Source of the DNA: Macrostomum lignano
Lineage: Eukaryota
DNA length: 64,000 bases
Direction of reading: 5' to 3'
NCBI GenBank assembly: GCA_002269645.1
Contig: NIVC01000581.1
Coordinates: forward strand, 310,001 to 374,000
The notes under the pieces were generated by a model. That model was not told the origin of the DNA and did not search any database. It saw only the letters and a program-made list of their open reading frames with translations. Both the position numbers and the translations under genes were made by a program. Positions within the stretch are counted from its first letter, which is position 1. Each line of letters begins with the position of its first letter. Shown here piece by piece: positions 47,998 through 60,984 of this stretch.

Positions 47998-50900
47998 TCA
48001 CACTTGCGAGTCCCTGGAGCCGACGGTCTGGGACTCTGCCTCCGCTTCGGAGCTGGTGTACTCGCTGCTGCTGTCCCCGGACTCCGTCTCCGACTCTGAC
48101 TCGCTGCTGGACCCGTCATCTCCCGGGTTCGCCGCCAGGGCTGCGGCCGGTGCTGCTGGCGGCGCCGCTGACACCGCCGGTACGGGCACGGCAGCCACCA
48201 GCTGCGGCTGCTGCGCCGAAGTCCGCGGCACCGGCGTTGGCGGCTTCGGCGGCTTCGGCGGCTTCGGCGGCTTCTCCTGTTGTGGCGGCGGCGGAGGCGG
48301 TGGCGGTGGCGGCGTCGGCGGCGGTGTCGACTGTGCTCGCGGCTTGGGCGTCGTTGGAGGCGGCGAAGATTCCGAAGAGATTTGCGACCGCCGCTCAGTC
48401 AGCACGAGCTCCTGCGGCGGCTGCGTCTGGCTGTCCGCTGAAATCTCCGACACTCCTGATAGGTGAAGGAATATTGGCTGGCATTTGATTGGCTGGCATT
48501 TGATTGGCTGGCATTTAATTGGCTGGCATTTGATTGGCTGGCATTTGATTGGCTAGCATTTGATTGGCTAGCATTTGAGTGGCTAGCATTTGATTGGCTG
48601 GCATTTGATTGGCTGGCATTTGATTGGCTGGCATTTGATTGGCTGGCATTTGATTGGCTGGCATTTGATTGGCTGGCATTTGATTGGCTGGCATTTGATT
48701 GGCTGGCATTTGATTGGCTAGCATTTAATTGGCTAGCATTTGATTGCGAGCTGCGAGCTTTTGGCTGGGTGACTTTCGTTCAAAAATTGAAAGTCAGAAT
48801 GGGGATCAGAAAATTTTGATGAGGGAATGGGAATCAGATATTAGGGACCAAATATTTGTCCCTAGATTTGAGATTAGAGATCTGAGATTGGAGATCTGAG
48901 ATTGGAGATCTGAGATTGGAGATTGGAGATCTGAGATTGGAGATCTGAGATTGGAGATTGGAGATTGGAGATTAGAGATCTGAGATTGGAGATCTGAGCA
49001 TGAGGATAGGATGAAGAAATCCTGCCCACTGGCTCTGTCAAACTGAAAGGCGGCAGGTGAAAACTCTATGCTTGAGTAAAGCAGTGCTCACTTGATAGAC
49101 GAAACTTGGACTCGGCTTCTGCAACAGGGAATTGAGTGAGAATTGAAATTCAAAAAAATAAATTCTAAATTAAAATGAGCTAGATCACTTTAATGCGACT
49201 CACCGGCTGAGCTGGCGGGAGAGCGAATATCCACCGCCTGAGGCTTCTGCGTTTCCTAGAAAATTAACGTCGGGAATCGTTGGACACGCGCCATTCGAAG
49301 ACACAGGTAAGGGTGGACTGCGACTACTTTACACTCAGAGAACTGACTCACCCACTGCCTCATGTTTATCATGTGTCTCATCAACACCCTGTCTCACCAG
49401 CACCCTGTCTCACCAACACCCTGTCTCACCAGCACCCTGTCTCACCAGCACCCTGTCTCACCAGCACCCTGTCTCACCAACACCCTGTCTCACCAACACC
49501 CTGTCTCACCAACACCCTGTCTCACCAACACCCTGTCTCACCAACACCCTGTCTCACCAGCACCCTGTCTCACCAGCACCCTGTCTCACCAACACCCTGT
49601 CTCACCAGCACCCTGTCTCGGCAACACCCTGTCTCACCAGCACCCTGTCTCACCAACACCCTGTCTCACCAACACCCTGTCTCACCAACACCCTGTCTCA
49701 CCAACACCCTGTCTCACCAACACCCTGTCTCACCAACACCCTGTCTCACCAACACCCTGTCTCACCAACACCCTGTCTCACCAACACCCTGTCTCACCAA
49801 CACCCTGTCTCACCAACACCCTGTCTCACCAGCACCCTGTCTCGGCAACACCCTGTCTCACCAGCACCCTGTCTCAGCAACACCCTGTCTCACCAACACC
49901 CTGTCTCACCAACACCCTGTCTCACCAGCACCCTGTCTCACCAACACCCTGTCTCACCAGCACTCTGTCTCAGCAACACCCTGTCTCACCAACACCCTGT
50001 CTCACCAACACCCTGTCTCACCAGCACCCTGTCTCACCAACACCCTGTCTCACCAACATCCTGTCTCATCAACACCCTGTCTCACCAACACCCTGTCTCC
50101 CACCCGGCCGTGGCTCACCCGGTCGAGGCAGACGGCGGTGGCCCGGGCCAGGGCGGACAGCTGCTGCAGCGAGCCGTCGATCGCCGCTGAATTTTCCTCG
50201 CCGCTCTTCAGCGCCGGGAAGACGGCGGCCAGCGCAGAGCTCGCCTCGGCCATCAGCCGCCACGCAAGCAGCACCTTCTCCTGCCTGCTGGGCTGCTGCT
50301 GCGACTGCGACATCTGAAGGGATGCGGAAGCAGCTCTCTGATCCCCACTCCGACTCCGATCCTAACTCTGATCCCCACTCTGATCCCCACTCTGATCCCC
50401 ACTCTGATCCCCACTCTGATCCCCACTCTGATCCCCACTCTGATCCCCACTCTGATCCCCACTCTGATCCCCACTCTGATCCCCCATTTCCAACCCAACT
50501 CTGATCCCCACTCCAAAACCCAACTCTGATCCCCACTCCTAAACCCAACTCTGATCCCCACTCCAAAACCCAACTCTGATCCCCACTCCAAAACCCAACT
50601 CTGATCCCCACTCCAAAACCCAACTCTGATCCCCACTCCTAAACCCAACTCTGATCCCCACTCCAAAACCCAACTCTGATCCCCACTCCAAAACCCAACT
50701 CTGATCCCCACTCCAAAACCCAACTCTGATCCCCACTCCAAAACCCAACTCTGATCCCCACTCCAAAACCCAACTCTGATCCCCACTCCAAAACCCAACT
50801 CTGATCCCCACTCCAAAACCCAACTCTGATCCCCAGCAGCTCACCGTCAGCGCATCCGGGGAGGCGCACCAGTTGATGCCGAGGGCCACGGGCAACAAAG

Positions 50901-53900
50901 TCTGCTGCTCCCGGATGGCCGCCTCCACCCGGCTCTGCAGCTCGCCGGCAAGGCCAGCCGACAGCGGGGCGGCAGCCTCGGCCGAGGGGGAAGACGGCTG
51001 CTGGCTGTCTGGAAAGGCAGGCAGGAGGGAGGCTCAGGTCCCGGTGCTCCGGTACAAATCATCACATCGTCTTCAGAATTATCCAAATCAGCTTTTCAGC
51101 CAAATCTCCCAAATCCCACTCACCGGCCTCCGGACCCGCCGCCTCGCCCTCCGACTCGTCGGTGTCCGGCCTGCGCAGGACGGCCGTCTGAGGCCGCGGC
51201 ACGTTGATGCCGGCGGAGCTGTGCACCCGGCGGTGGTCGGCCTGCAACTGCGCAGCCGGCAGGAGCTGCTGCTGCCCGGGGAGGCTCCGCGCCGTGAGCT
51301 CCAGCGCGGAGCCGGAGAGGCTGGCGTGACGGTCCAGCTGGCGCTGCGACAGGCGGGGCGCCAGGCCGCGGATGCACTCTACGAAGTCGCTGGCCTGCCG
51401 CTGGGTCTCATTGGGAAAGAAGGGCAGCCGCGGCTTCTCCAGGCTCATGCGGAACTCCAGCATCAGCGGCTTGACCCGGTTGGCGCCGCCCGTGCCCCTG
51501 GCCATCACCTGTTTTATGAGGAAATTCACGAAGCAATCGTAGCCTGGGCATTGTGCGAACTGCAATCCTAGCCTGTGCATTGTGCGAACTGCAATCCTAG
51601 CCTGGGCATTGTGCGAACTGCAATCCTAGCCTGGGCATTGTGCGAACTGCAATCCTAGCCTGGGCATTGTGCGAACTGCAATCCTAGCCTGGGCATTGTG
51701 CGAACTGCAATCCTAGCCTGGGCATTGTGCGAACTGCAATCCTAGCCTGGGCATTGTGCGAACTGCAATCCTAGCCTGGGCATTGTGCGAACTGCAATCC
51801 TAGCCTGGGCATTGTGCGAACTGCAATCCTAGCCTGGGCATTGTGCGAGCTGCAATCCTAGCCTGGGCATTGTGCGAACTGCAATCCTAGCCTGGGCATT
51901 GTGCGAACTGCAATCCTAGCCTGGGCATTGTGCGAACTGCAATCCTAGCCTGGGCATTGTGCGAACTGCAATCCTAGCCTGGGCATTGTGCGAACTGCAA
52001 TCCTAGCCTGGGCATTGTGCGAACTGCAATCCTAGCCTGGGCATTGTGCGAACCGCAATCCTAGCCTGGGCATTGTGCGAACCGCAATCCTAGCCTGGGC
52101 ATTGTGCGAACTGCAATCCTAGCCTGGGCATTGTGCGATTCACATCTCGTTGAGGGCCAACCCCAAAAGGAGCAGCGCAGGTCCACTTCCTGGCGATGAG
52201 GAGGAAACTTGTTTGGGGTCCACTGTCCACCTCTATGGGAGGGTGCTCGGGGGTCAGGGAGTGCACATTCCTACGACTGACAGCCCCTGTCAGCAAACTG
52301 ACCGACTAAAAACGAAATAGAGGCAAAACAGGCATGGCCCGGCTGTCGGCACCTGCTCCACGATGATGCGGAACTCGGCATCCACCAAGCGAGATCCGGG
52401 CAGGCGGCGCTTGGACTCCGTGGCTGTGTCGAAGATGTGCACCACGCTGTCCATCGGGATCACCGGGGGGCAGTTCGTCTCGATCAGGTTGGCGAGCTCT
52501 GCGGATTGCTGCTGCTGCTGCTGCGAGTCCACCACGGATACGCTGGGTCCTGGAATCCATGCGGAAACTGCCTGTCACACTGGCACAGCTTCCGTCACTC
52601 CTAGTGTCTCGGAACTGACTTTCAATCACTCTTGTCACTTTCAGTCACTCTTGTCACTTTCAGTCACTCTTGTCACTTTCAGTCACTCTTGTCACTTTCA
52701 GTCACTCTTGTCACTTTCAGTCACTCTTGTCACTTTCAGTCACTCTTGTCACACTTTCACTCGCCCTTGTCACACTTTAAGTTAATCTTGTCACTTTCTG
52801 CCACCGCCTATCTCTATCTATTCACTCATTTCCTTCAGCTCCAAGCCGGCACAAATGGCATCAGCGCTCGAGCTGCAGTGCAGGGCCCAAGGCTCACCCA
52901 GCTGTTTCAGCAGCTGGTACTTGACGCCCCGGGCCTCGTCCGACTCAGAGATGACCAGCAGGAAGTCGGTGAAGACGAACAGCCTGAGGCGGTAGCCCTC
53001 AAGGCCTGGCATGAACACCTCCCGGGTCACGTGCAGCTCGCAGGTGTGCAGGTGGGACACCTGATCCTTGAACTGAATGATCCGAGTCTCGTCCATTAGC
53101 GACCGTTCCCAGAAGATTGAGAAGGACTTGCTGAGCACCAGCTGCCGGCTCAGCTCCTTCAGCTTGGCCCCCGTGCTGTTGCAGTAGTCACTGATCGCCT
53201 TCGCCCTGGCGACGCACTTTTCCAGGTTGTCCGCGTCCTTGTCTGCCGGGTCAATTTGTGGGGGGGCTTTGCTGTGGTTTGGTTTGCACTGACTTGACAA
53301 TCCGGGTCAATTTGTGGGGAGGGCGGGGGCTTTGCTGTGGTTTGGTTTGCACTGACTTGACAATCCGGGTCAAGTTGTGGTTGGCTTTGCTGTGGTTTGG
53401 TTTGCACTGACTTGACAATCCGGGTCAAGTTGTGGGGGGCTTTGCTGAGGTTTGGTTTGCACTGACTTGACAATCCGGGTCAATTTGTGGGGGGGCTTTG
53501 CTGTGGTTTGGTTTGCACTGACTTGACAATCCAGGTCAATTTGTGGGGAGGGCGGGGGCTTTGCTGTGGTTTGGTTTGCACTGACTTGACAATCCGGGTC
53601 AATTTTGGGGGGCTTTGCTGTGGTTTGGTTTGCACTGACTTGACAATCCGGGTCAATTTGTGGGGGGCTTTGCTGTGGTTTGGTTTGCACTGACTTGACA
53701 ATCCGGGTCAATTTGTGGGGGGCTTTGCTGTGGTTTGGTTTGCACTGACTTGACAATCCGGGTCAATTTGTGGGGGGCTTTGCTGAGGTTTGGTTTGCAC
53801 TGACTTGACAATCCGGGTCAATTTGTGGGGGGCTTTGCTGTGGTTTGGTTTGCACTGACTTGACAATCCGGGTCAAGAAGAGTCCCTGGAACCTTCCAGA

Positions 53901-56900
53901 GCCGCCACCGCCTCAACTCACCGGCAAACTCGCAGGCCTCCCGGGCCTTCTTGGCCTTCTTGGCGGCCGTCTCCAGCAGGGTGACCATCCGCATCGTCTG
54001 CTGCATGTTGACGCTGTACAGGTCCACGAAGCGGCGCTTGTTCATGGCCGGGTGCGCCTCGGCCCTGGTGAAGAACCGGTTGAAGGTCGGGTCCTCCCGG
54101 CGCAGGCCGATGAGCCGCAGGATGATGTCGTCCTCGTTGATGCTGGCCGTCTTCCGCCTGGTGGTGACCTTGGAGAAGCCGAAGCTGAGGCCGAGCCGCT
54201 GGAAGTTCAGCGCGTTGTTGCCTTCCGAGTACCAGCCGAGCAGCCGGTCGCCGAACCTCTCCAGCCGGCCGGTGCGCTGGAACTCCGCCAGGTTGTCTCC
54301 GCCGCCGATGCAGTCGTGGAGGCTGCGGTAGAGGGCGATGCACTCGCTGACGAAGTGCAGCCCCAGCTGCTGCAGCACCTGGCGGTTGGTCTGCGGCCAC
54401 GGCTGCACAAACAGCAGCTCCAGCAGGTTGAGAGATCGAAGGTGGCTCTTCGAGCTGAAGATCACCTGCGCGCGTTGCGAGTTTGAGTTTCGAGCTTCAA
54501 CTGGTGAGACTCGGTTTTTCACTGTTGGTTTTCTATATCAATAAAAATAAGAAGGCCGAAGCCTCGCGCACCTCGTGCAGCGCCAGCTGGTACTCCCGGA
54601 ATCGATCCGCGTCCTTATCGGAGCCCGAGGCCGGCCGAAGCTGGGCGAGCCGGCGCGCCAGGTCGGTGCTCTCAATGTAGCCCTGGAAGTCGGCCGGGAC
54701 GCCGCCGATGTCCGGATTTTTTAACACCGCGTCCTCCTCCGGGGTCAGCTGGAATAGGGAAATCAGCGTCCGGCTGCATGGATCCTGATCCCCAGCAAAT
54801 CTGGCATCCAGCTGCATGGATCCTGATCCCCAGCAAATCTGGCATCCAGCTGCATGGATCCTGATCCCCAGCAAATCTGGCATCCAGCCGGTCACTCTCG
54901 CAGCCAGCCAGTCACTCCCGCAGCCAGCCAGTCACTCCCGCAGCCAGCCAGTCACTCCGCAGCCAGCCAGTCACTCCGCAGCCAGCCAGTCACTCCGCAG
55001 CCAGCCAGTCACTCCACAGTTAGTAGTAACTCCCACAGCCAGCCAGTCAGTCCGAATTCAGCCAGTAGTCGCTCTCGCATCCAGCCAGGCACTCCCGCAG
55101 CCAGCCAGTCACTCCCGCAGCCAGCCAGTCACTCCCGCAGCTAGCCAGTCTCTCCCGCAGCCAGTCAGTCACTCCCGCAGCCAGCCAGTCACTCCCGCAG
55201 CCAGCCAGTCACTCTCGCAGCTAGCCAGTCTTCCCGCAGCCAGCCAGTCACTCCCGCAGCTAGCCAGTCTCTCCCGCAGCCAGCCAGTCACTCTCGCAGC
55301 TAGCCAGTCTCTCCCGCAGCCAGCCAGTCACTCTCGCAGCTAGCCAGTCTCTCCCGCAGCCAGCCAGTCACTCCCGCAGCCAGCCAGTCTCTCCCGCAGC
55401 CAGCCAGTCACTCCCACAGCCAGCCAGTCACTCCCGCAGCCAGCCAGTCACTCCGCAGCCAGCCAGTCACTCCGCAGCCAGCCAGTCACTCCGCAGCCAG
55501 CCAGTCACTCCACAGTTAGTAGTAACTCCCACAGCCAGCCAGTCAGTCCGAATTCAGCCAGTAGTCGCTCTCGCATCCAGCCAGGCACTCCCGCAGCCAG
55601 CCAGTCACTCCCGCAGCCAGCCAGTCACTCCCGCAGCTAGCCAGTCTCTCCCGCAGCCAGTCAGTCACTCCCGCAGCCAGCCAGTCACTCCCGCAGCCAG
55701 CCAGTCACTCTCGCAGCTAGCCAGTCTTCCCGCAGCCAGCCAGTCACTCCCGCAGCTAGCCAGTCTCTCCCGCAGCCAGCCAGTCACTCTCGCAGCTAGC
55801 CAGTCTCTCCCGCAGCCAGCCAGTCACTCTCGCAGCTAGCCAGTCTCTCCCGCAGCCAGCCAGTCACTCCCGCAGCCAGCCAGTCTCTCCCGCAGCCAGC
55901 CAGTCACTCCCACAGCCAGCCAGTCACTCCCGCAGCCAGCCAGTCACTCCCGCAGCCAGCCAGTCACTCCGCAGCCAGCCAGTCACTCCTGCAGCCAGCC
56001 AGTCACTCCCGCAGCCAGCCAGTCACTCCTGCAGCTAGCCAGTCACTCCCGCAGCCAGCCAGTCACTCCAGCAGCTAGCCATTCAGTCACTATCGCAAGC
56101 AGCCAGTCACTCCGCCAGTCACCTGCACTCTCGCAGCCGGCCAGCCCCATGGCACTAGCAGCAGCAGCATTTCTCACCGGTTCAACCATCACATCGCAGG
56201 GCGACAGCAGTCTTGAATCCCCCACCATGGCGTCCTGCCCCGAGTCCAGGCTGCCTCGGTGGCCGCTGCGGCCGCCGTCCCCGCCGAAGTCCGCGCCGAG
56301 CTGCGGCATGGAGGCCACGGGATGCGGCTGGGGAGGCCCCGCAGCGGCAGCTGTGGATGCCTGGCTCGCTGGCTCAGTGGCGGCAGCATCGGCCACGGAA
56401 GACCTGGCGGCTGCCTTCGGAGCAGCTTCGGAGTTTGAGGCGGGGTGGGCAGGGAATGCGTGTAGGGATGCTGTGGCGTTCAAAAGCAATTTAGTTTAAT
56501 ATAGGATTTGAATCGCACATGCAGTAGCAGATCGCCAGCTCAATCAGTGAGAAAATAATCAATTGATTTATCTGTGAGTAAAGATTAGCAATAATTTCCA
56601 ATCCAACTGCCGAGTATGAGAGAAGAAGACAATTGAAGGTCGAACTCGAAGTCAAAACTCACCGAGCCACCTGGCCACGGCTGCTGTGAGCTGCGGCACT
56701 GCGAGGATTGGCGAGTGAGAAACTGAGGAGGCTGCGTGAGTGCAGAGATTGGGGAGCGGATGGCGTGCTTCATCTGCACTGGCACCCACCTGCACTGGCA
56801 CTCACCTGCACTGGCACTCGCCTGCACTGGCACTCACCTGCACTGGCACTCACCTGCACTGGCACTCGCCTGCACTGGCACTCACCTGCACTGGCACTCA

Positions 56901-59900
56901 CCTGCACTGGCACTCACCTGCACTGGCACTCACCTGCACTGGCACTCACCTGCACTGGCACTCACCTGCACTGGCACTCACCTGCACTGGCACTCACCTG
57001 CACTGGCACCCACCTGCACTGGCACCCACCTGCACTGGCACCCACCTGCACTGGCACTCACCTGCACTGGCACTCACCTGCACTGGCACCCACCTGCACT
57101 GGCACCCACCTGCACTGGCACCCACCTGCACTGGCACTCACCTGCACTGGCACTCACCTGCACTGGCACCCACCTGCACTGGCACTCACCTGCACTGGCA
57201 CTCACCTGCACTGGCACTCACCTGCACTGGCACTCACCTGCACTGGCACTCACCTAAATCGACACACTTCTGAATCCCATATAACCAGGCACACAGCTCG
57301 TACTAGACTGATTCGTTCTTCGAAAGTTGAGGTGAGAAAGTGGACTGAGACAGAGAACCCATGTGCAAAATTAAGGCATATTGAAGCTTGAATTATAAAT
57401 AGTGTAAAGGTGGTGAGTGCTAAATTTACTCTTTAAAGTAATGTGGAATACGTTTCATTATGTAGTCATTTCTTGGCCTACAGAAAATTAGCTGGAATTG
57501 TCTACTGCAATATACTGGAGGAGACCGTATTATTTATTCCGAGTTTGCAGCGTATGTAGTGTGAAATATGCTCACGGTAGGCTATCACACGAGTGCAGGA
57601 TTTTAAACAAGAAATAGAAAACACATCAGACCGTCTTTCACAAGCAGAGATCCGAATTGAAATCAAGGGCAGTCCTACGGGGCAGCTGGCCCGGCCAATA
57701 CTTACCGCGTCCGCCGGCCTGGGGCTGCGGATGGGCGCTGGGCCCGCAGGCGTGCGCTTCAACAGGCGAAGGGGAGCAGATTTCAAACATTAAAAAGTTC
57801 AATGATTGAGCGAAAATTACATCTCTCTACTATTGAGTAGTATTATTTGCAAAGCAATTGAGTCGTCGAATTTTAACTAGGCCTTCATTAATACCAGTTC
57901 AATGAGCAAGTCAATTTCTAACAAAAGCGTTTGTTAAGCAAACTGAAAAGTTAAATGGCAATCAGAAACGGACTTCTGAGCTATAAATATTGGCCCAGTA
58001 CATATACCTGCTGGTCGAAACTGGGCCAGCCCTTGCATTGTTCTAAATGCCTAATGGACATTCTGCATGCACCCGCTTACCACCTGCTCAATAGAGTGGC
58101 CACAGGTTGAGGAATTCAGTGCAGATGCACATTGGCTAGCCAATCAGGCCACAAGGATGGGGTACACTGGCTAGCCACAGGGTTGTGGCAGTTTCTATTG
58201 TGATTTTACCGCTCTCCCCAAGATAACAGATAACAGATTCGAACTCACAGCTGTCGCGCCCCTCGTTGCTGTGGCTCCGAGTGAGCAGCCCGGCCGCCGA
58301 GCTGCAGCTGATCGGCTTCACCAGGTCCATGCAGGCCCGGTGCGAAACCACCTGGCAGTCTCCGACTGAGGGAGGTGGGCATGTGACTTGCAGATGAAGC
58401 ATGTGACTTGTGACTTGCAAATGAAGCACTCATCCAGGCACCAGTTGAAGCACTCATCCAGGCACCAGTTGAAGCACTCATCCAGGCACCAGTTGAAGCA
58501 ATCATCCAGACACCAGTTGAAGCACTCATCCAGGCACCACATGAAGCACTCATCCAGGCACCAGTTGAAGCACTCATCCAAGCACCAGTTGAAGCACTCA
58601 TCCAGGCACCAGTTGAAGCACTCATCCAGGCACCACATGAAGCACTCATCCAAGCACCAGTTGAAGCATTTATCCAAGCACTACATAAAGCACTCATCCA
58701 GGCACCAGTTGAAGCACTCATCCAGGCACCACATGAAGCTCACCCTTGCATCGCATGGCCTGAGGCCCGGGCCCGCAGAGCAGCTTGCCGCACGCGGAGC
58801 AGGCCCGGATCCGGTCCAGCTCCACCGGCCTCAGCAGATGCGTGCCCCGCCGCTCGATTTCTTTTAGGCCGCCGAAGCTTCGCCCGACGGAGCCGCGCAG
58901 ACGCTGGCAGTTAAACTGCGGCAGCTCTGGCGGCAGCTCGGATGGCAGGCGCAGACGGAAGAACCGCTCGAGCAGCGAGGCCAGGCAGCCGGCCTCCAGG
59001 TGACCGCCGAACGGCGTGCCGATCATGTAGTTCACGTGAGCCAGCATGACACCGCGGCACTGCTCGATGAACCGCTGCTGCCGCTCGTCGGACAAATCCG
59101 GCCGCAGCCCGTCCACGCCGGGCAGAATGTCGGACACGAAGCCGTCGCGCCGCTTGGCCTGAATCTCCGCGCTGACTGAGGCCACCAGCGCCTCCAGCGT
59201 TGGCCGCAGGCTGGCCTGGGCGTTGCTGAAGCCGGAGACGATTCGCTCAATGTGGCTGTCCATCGGCCGCTTGGCGAACAGCTGCGACAGCGTCTTGATC
59301 GGCTCGTTCAGCGCCGGCCGGCCGAGCCCCAGGCCCGGGTCCAGGCTACGCGCCACCGTCTCCAGGGACAGCGGGCCCTCCCGGTTCAGGAAGGTCGAGT
59401 AGACGGAGAAGGCCGCCCGCTTGGACTGCTTGGACGCCAGGCCGGCGGTCTTCCAGTCATCGGCGAGCCAGTCGAAGAACTGCGAGTATTTGGGAGGGGG
59501 TTCAAGGCGCAGGTAAAAAAACTGGCTGTTCCAGAAGCCCGCCCGGCCTTGCAGCTCGGACTCACCACAAAGTTGAGCGCCTTGTACCACTTTGCCTCCT
59601 TCCTGGCCAGGAGGCTGTGCAAGAACACCAGCATGGCCGGCCGGAACCGCTTCATCTCCGAGTACTGGGACAGGTAGGTCTTCAGAGTCTGCAGAGAAGG
59701 CGGGATTCACTGGTATTGGGCCGCCTTACCGCTTCCACAAATTCTCTCTTGAATGAGGAGACTCACGCTGAGCGCCTTGGTCATGCTTTGTGAGTCCGAG
59801 GTTTCGCGATTAAAGTTGGGATCTCCCGACATGAAAGATCCCATGCCGATGTCGGGCTCCTCTTCATCTTCCTCATCTTCATCCTGATGAGGCTGCGGTG

Positions 59901-60169
59901 CACCTCCTGGCACCTGAAAGCAATTTCGTCATGGGAGGTTGAGTGGGTCATTCATGGGAGCACTGGCTGACATTCGACATTGTCATGCAGACATAGGGTC
60001 ATGCAGACATAGGGTCATGCAGACACTGGGTCATGCAGACATAGGGTCATGCAGACACTGGGTCATGCAGACATTGGGTCATGCAGACACTGGGTCATGC
60101 AGACATTGGGTCATGCAGACACTGGGTCATCGCCCATGAACTCACCGCATTCCGTGGCGGCAGTGACAT
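47998..60169 (-). CDS. RGS-RhoGEF family protein (RH/RGS-like, C1, DH, PH; p115/PDZ-RhoGEF/LARG/RhoGEF2-like), ~1,380 aa
   Basis: Exons 60169-60146, 59913-59767, 59688-59566, 59521-58744, 58359(or 58365)-58249, 57756-57706, 56731-56663, 56425-56178, 54748-54572, 54465-53922, 53242-52826, 52549-52353, 51508-51124, 51008-50845, 50313-50119, 49255-49204, 48455-47998; phases compatible. Acidic DEDEEDEEE patch; RPAMLVFLHSLL..AFSVYSTFLNREGPL (RH domain); H-x12-C-x2-C-x13-C-x2-C-x4-H-x2-C-x8-C (C1); LHEVIFSSKSHLRSL..DYCN (DH); LRLFVFTDFLLV (PH). The small low-complexity exons are less certain. Confidence 0.8.
48470..48745. repeat. 15-bp minisatellite, ~18 copies, each with ATTGG/CCAAT
   Basis: unit ttgattggctggcat. 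Confidence 0.95.
48870..48998. repeat. gagatt/gagatct simple repeat
   Basis: ctgagattggagat variants. Confidence 0.85.
49375..50098. repeat. 16-bp intronic minisatellite, ~45 copies
   Basis: unit ca(a/g)caccctgtctcac. Confidence 0.95.
50335..50835. repeat. 12-bp array grading into a 25-bp array
   Basis: ctctgatcccca, then ctccaaaacccaactctgatcccca. Confidence 0.9.
51540..52137. repeat. 29-bp intronic minisatellite, ~20 copies
   Basis: unit tagcctgggcattgtgcgaactgcaatcc. Confidence 0.95.
52620..52755. repeat. 19-bp tandem repeat, ~7 copies
   Basis: unit tttcagtcactcttgtcac. Confidence 0.9.
53245..53875. repeat. ~55-62-bp intronic minisatellite, ~11 copies
   Basis: unit ccgggtcaatttgtggggggctttgctgtggtttggtttgcactgacttgacaat. 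Confidence 0.9.
54770..54885. repeat. 35-bp tandem repeat, 3 copies
   Basis: unit ctgcatggatcctgatccccagcaaatctggcatccag-like. Confidence 0.85.
54886..56110. repeat. ~20-bp CAGC-rich minisatellite with a ~500-bp higher-order duplication
   Basis: unit cagccagccagtcactcccg; the irregular insert ccacagttagtagtaactcc..cgaattcagccagtagtcgc occurs near 55015 and near 55511. Confidence 0.9.
56775..57255. repeat. 16-bp intronic minisatellite, ~30 copies
   Basis: unit tgcactggcac(t/c)cacc. Confidence 0.95.
58415..58735. repeat. 24-bp intronic minisatellite, ~13 copies
   Basis: unit gaagcactcatccaggcaccagtt. Confidence 0.95.
59985..60130. repeat. 19-bp intronic tandem repeat
   Basis: unit gggtcatgcagaca(ta/ctg/ttg). 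Confidence 0.85.
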
Positions 60170-60984
60170 GCTCCTGGCCGGTGCAGGTCAGTAATTTGCC
60201 TGGCAGAAACCAGTTGCTACAATTCACTTCTCTTCCGGAAGGAATTAGCGGCAAGCAGAAGCGAGCGCTCTTCTTCTGCCAACCTCAAAACTACAAGCGA
60301 CAGGCGGAGAGAATGGAAGAAGTTCGCTAAATAGCATTTGGGGCCGGCTTGTCTCTCCTTCCACTGCTCCGGCCGCCCCACAATCGCAAGTACAATCGCT
60401 CTGGTCGCAGTGTGAAATTGCGGGGCAGAATTGAATGCGCCCTGGCTGGACACAACAGCCGCCGACTGTACTTTCTGGAAGCGCTCGCTGTTTCACGCGA
60501 CAACCCCCTCCCCCACCACCCCCACCCCCACCCCCATTCTCTACAGCCCCAGCCTGCCGTTTGCGCGGGGAGGTTTACTGGTAGCCCCGTACGCGGCGGA
60601 CCCCCCGCGCACTCTGAAATCATGGCGCAGCAGCCCCACCACCCGCTGCCCGCCAGCGCTCTTTCATTCTCTCTCCGCTGGGCTGGCGCAGCCATTGCGA
60701 CTGAAAAGTGGCGCCATGGCCTGAGGCCTCGGGCGGATTCGTCCAACGTTTGCGCAAATCTTTTTTCGTGCGTTCGCCCGGCACGGAGACCGCGACTGAT
60801 TTGTTCGCCCGATGCTAGCGACCTCTTCTTTGCCTGTTGCAGCTGCGCTTCCATCCACCCTAGAATGCAAAGCTTATTGTTCAGTTTTAATTTCTGAACT
60901 TTGTCTACCTGGCTTGACCTAACTGGTATCCAAATAGACACCGAATTCTCAAATCACACGGCTCTTTCGCTTTGGATTCCAGTC

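Noticed and set aside
60217-60941. Overlapping ORFs upstream of the RhoGEF
   Set aside because: No codon bias or motif (no PDZ GLGF-type signature); probably UTR or promoter.
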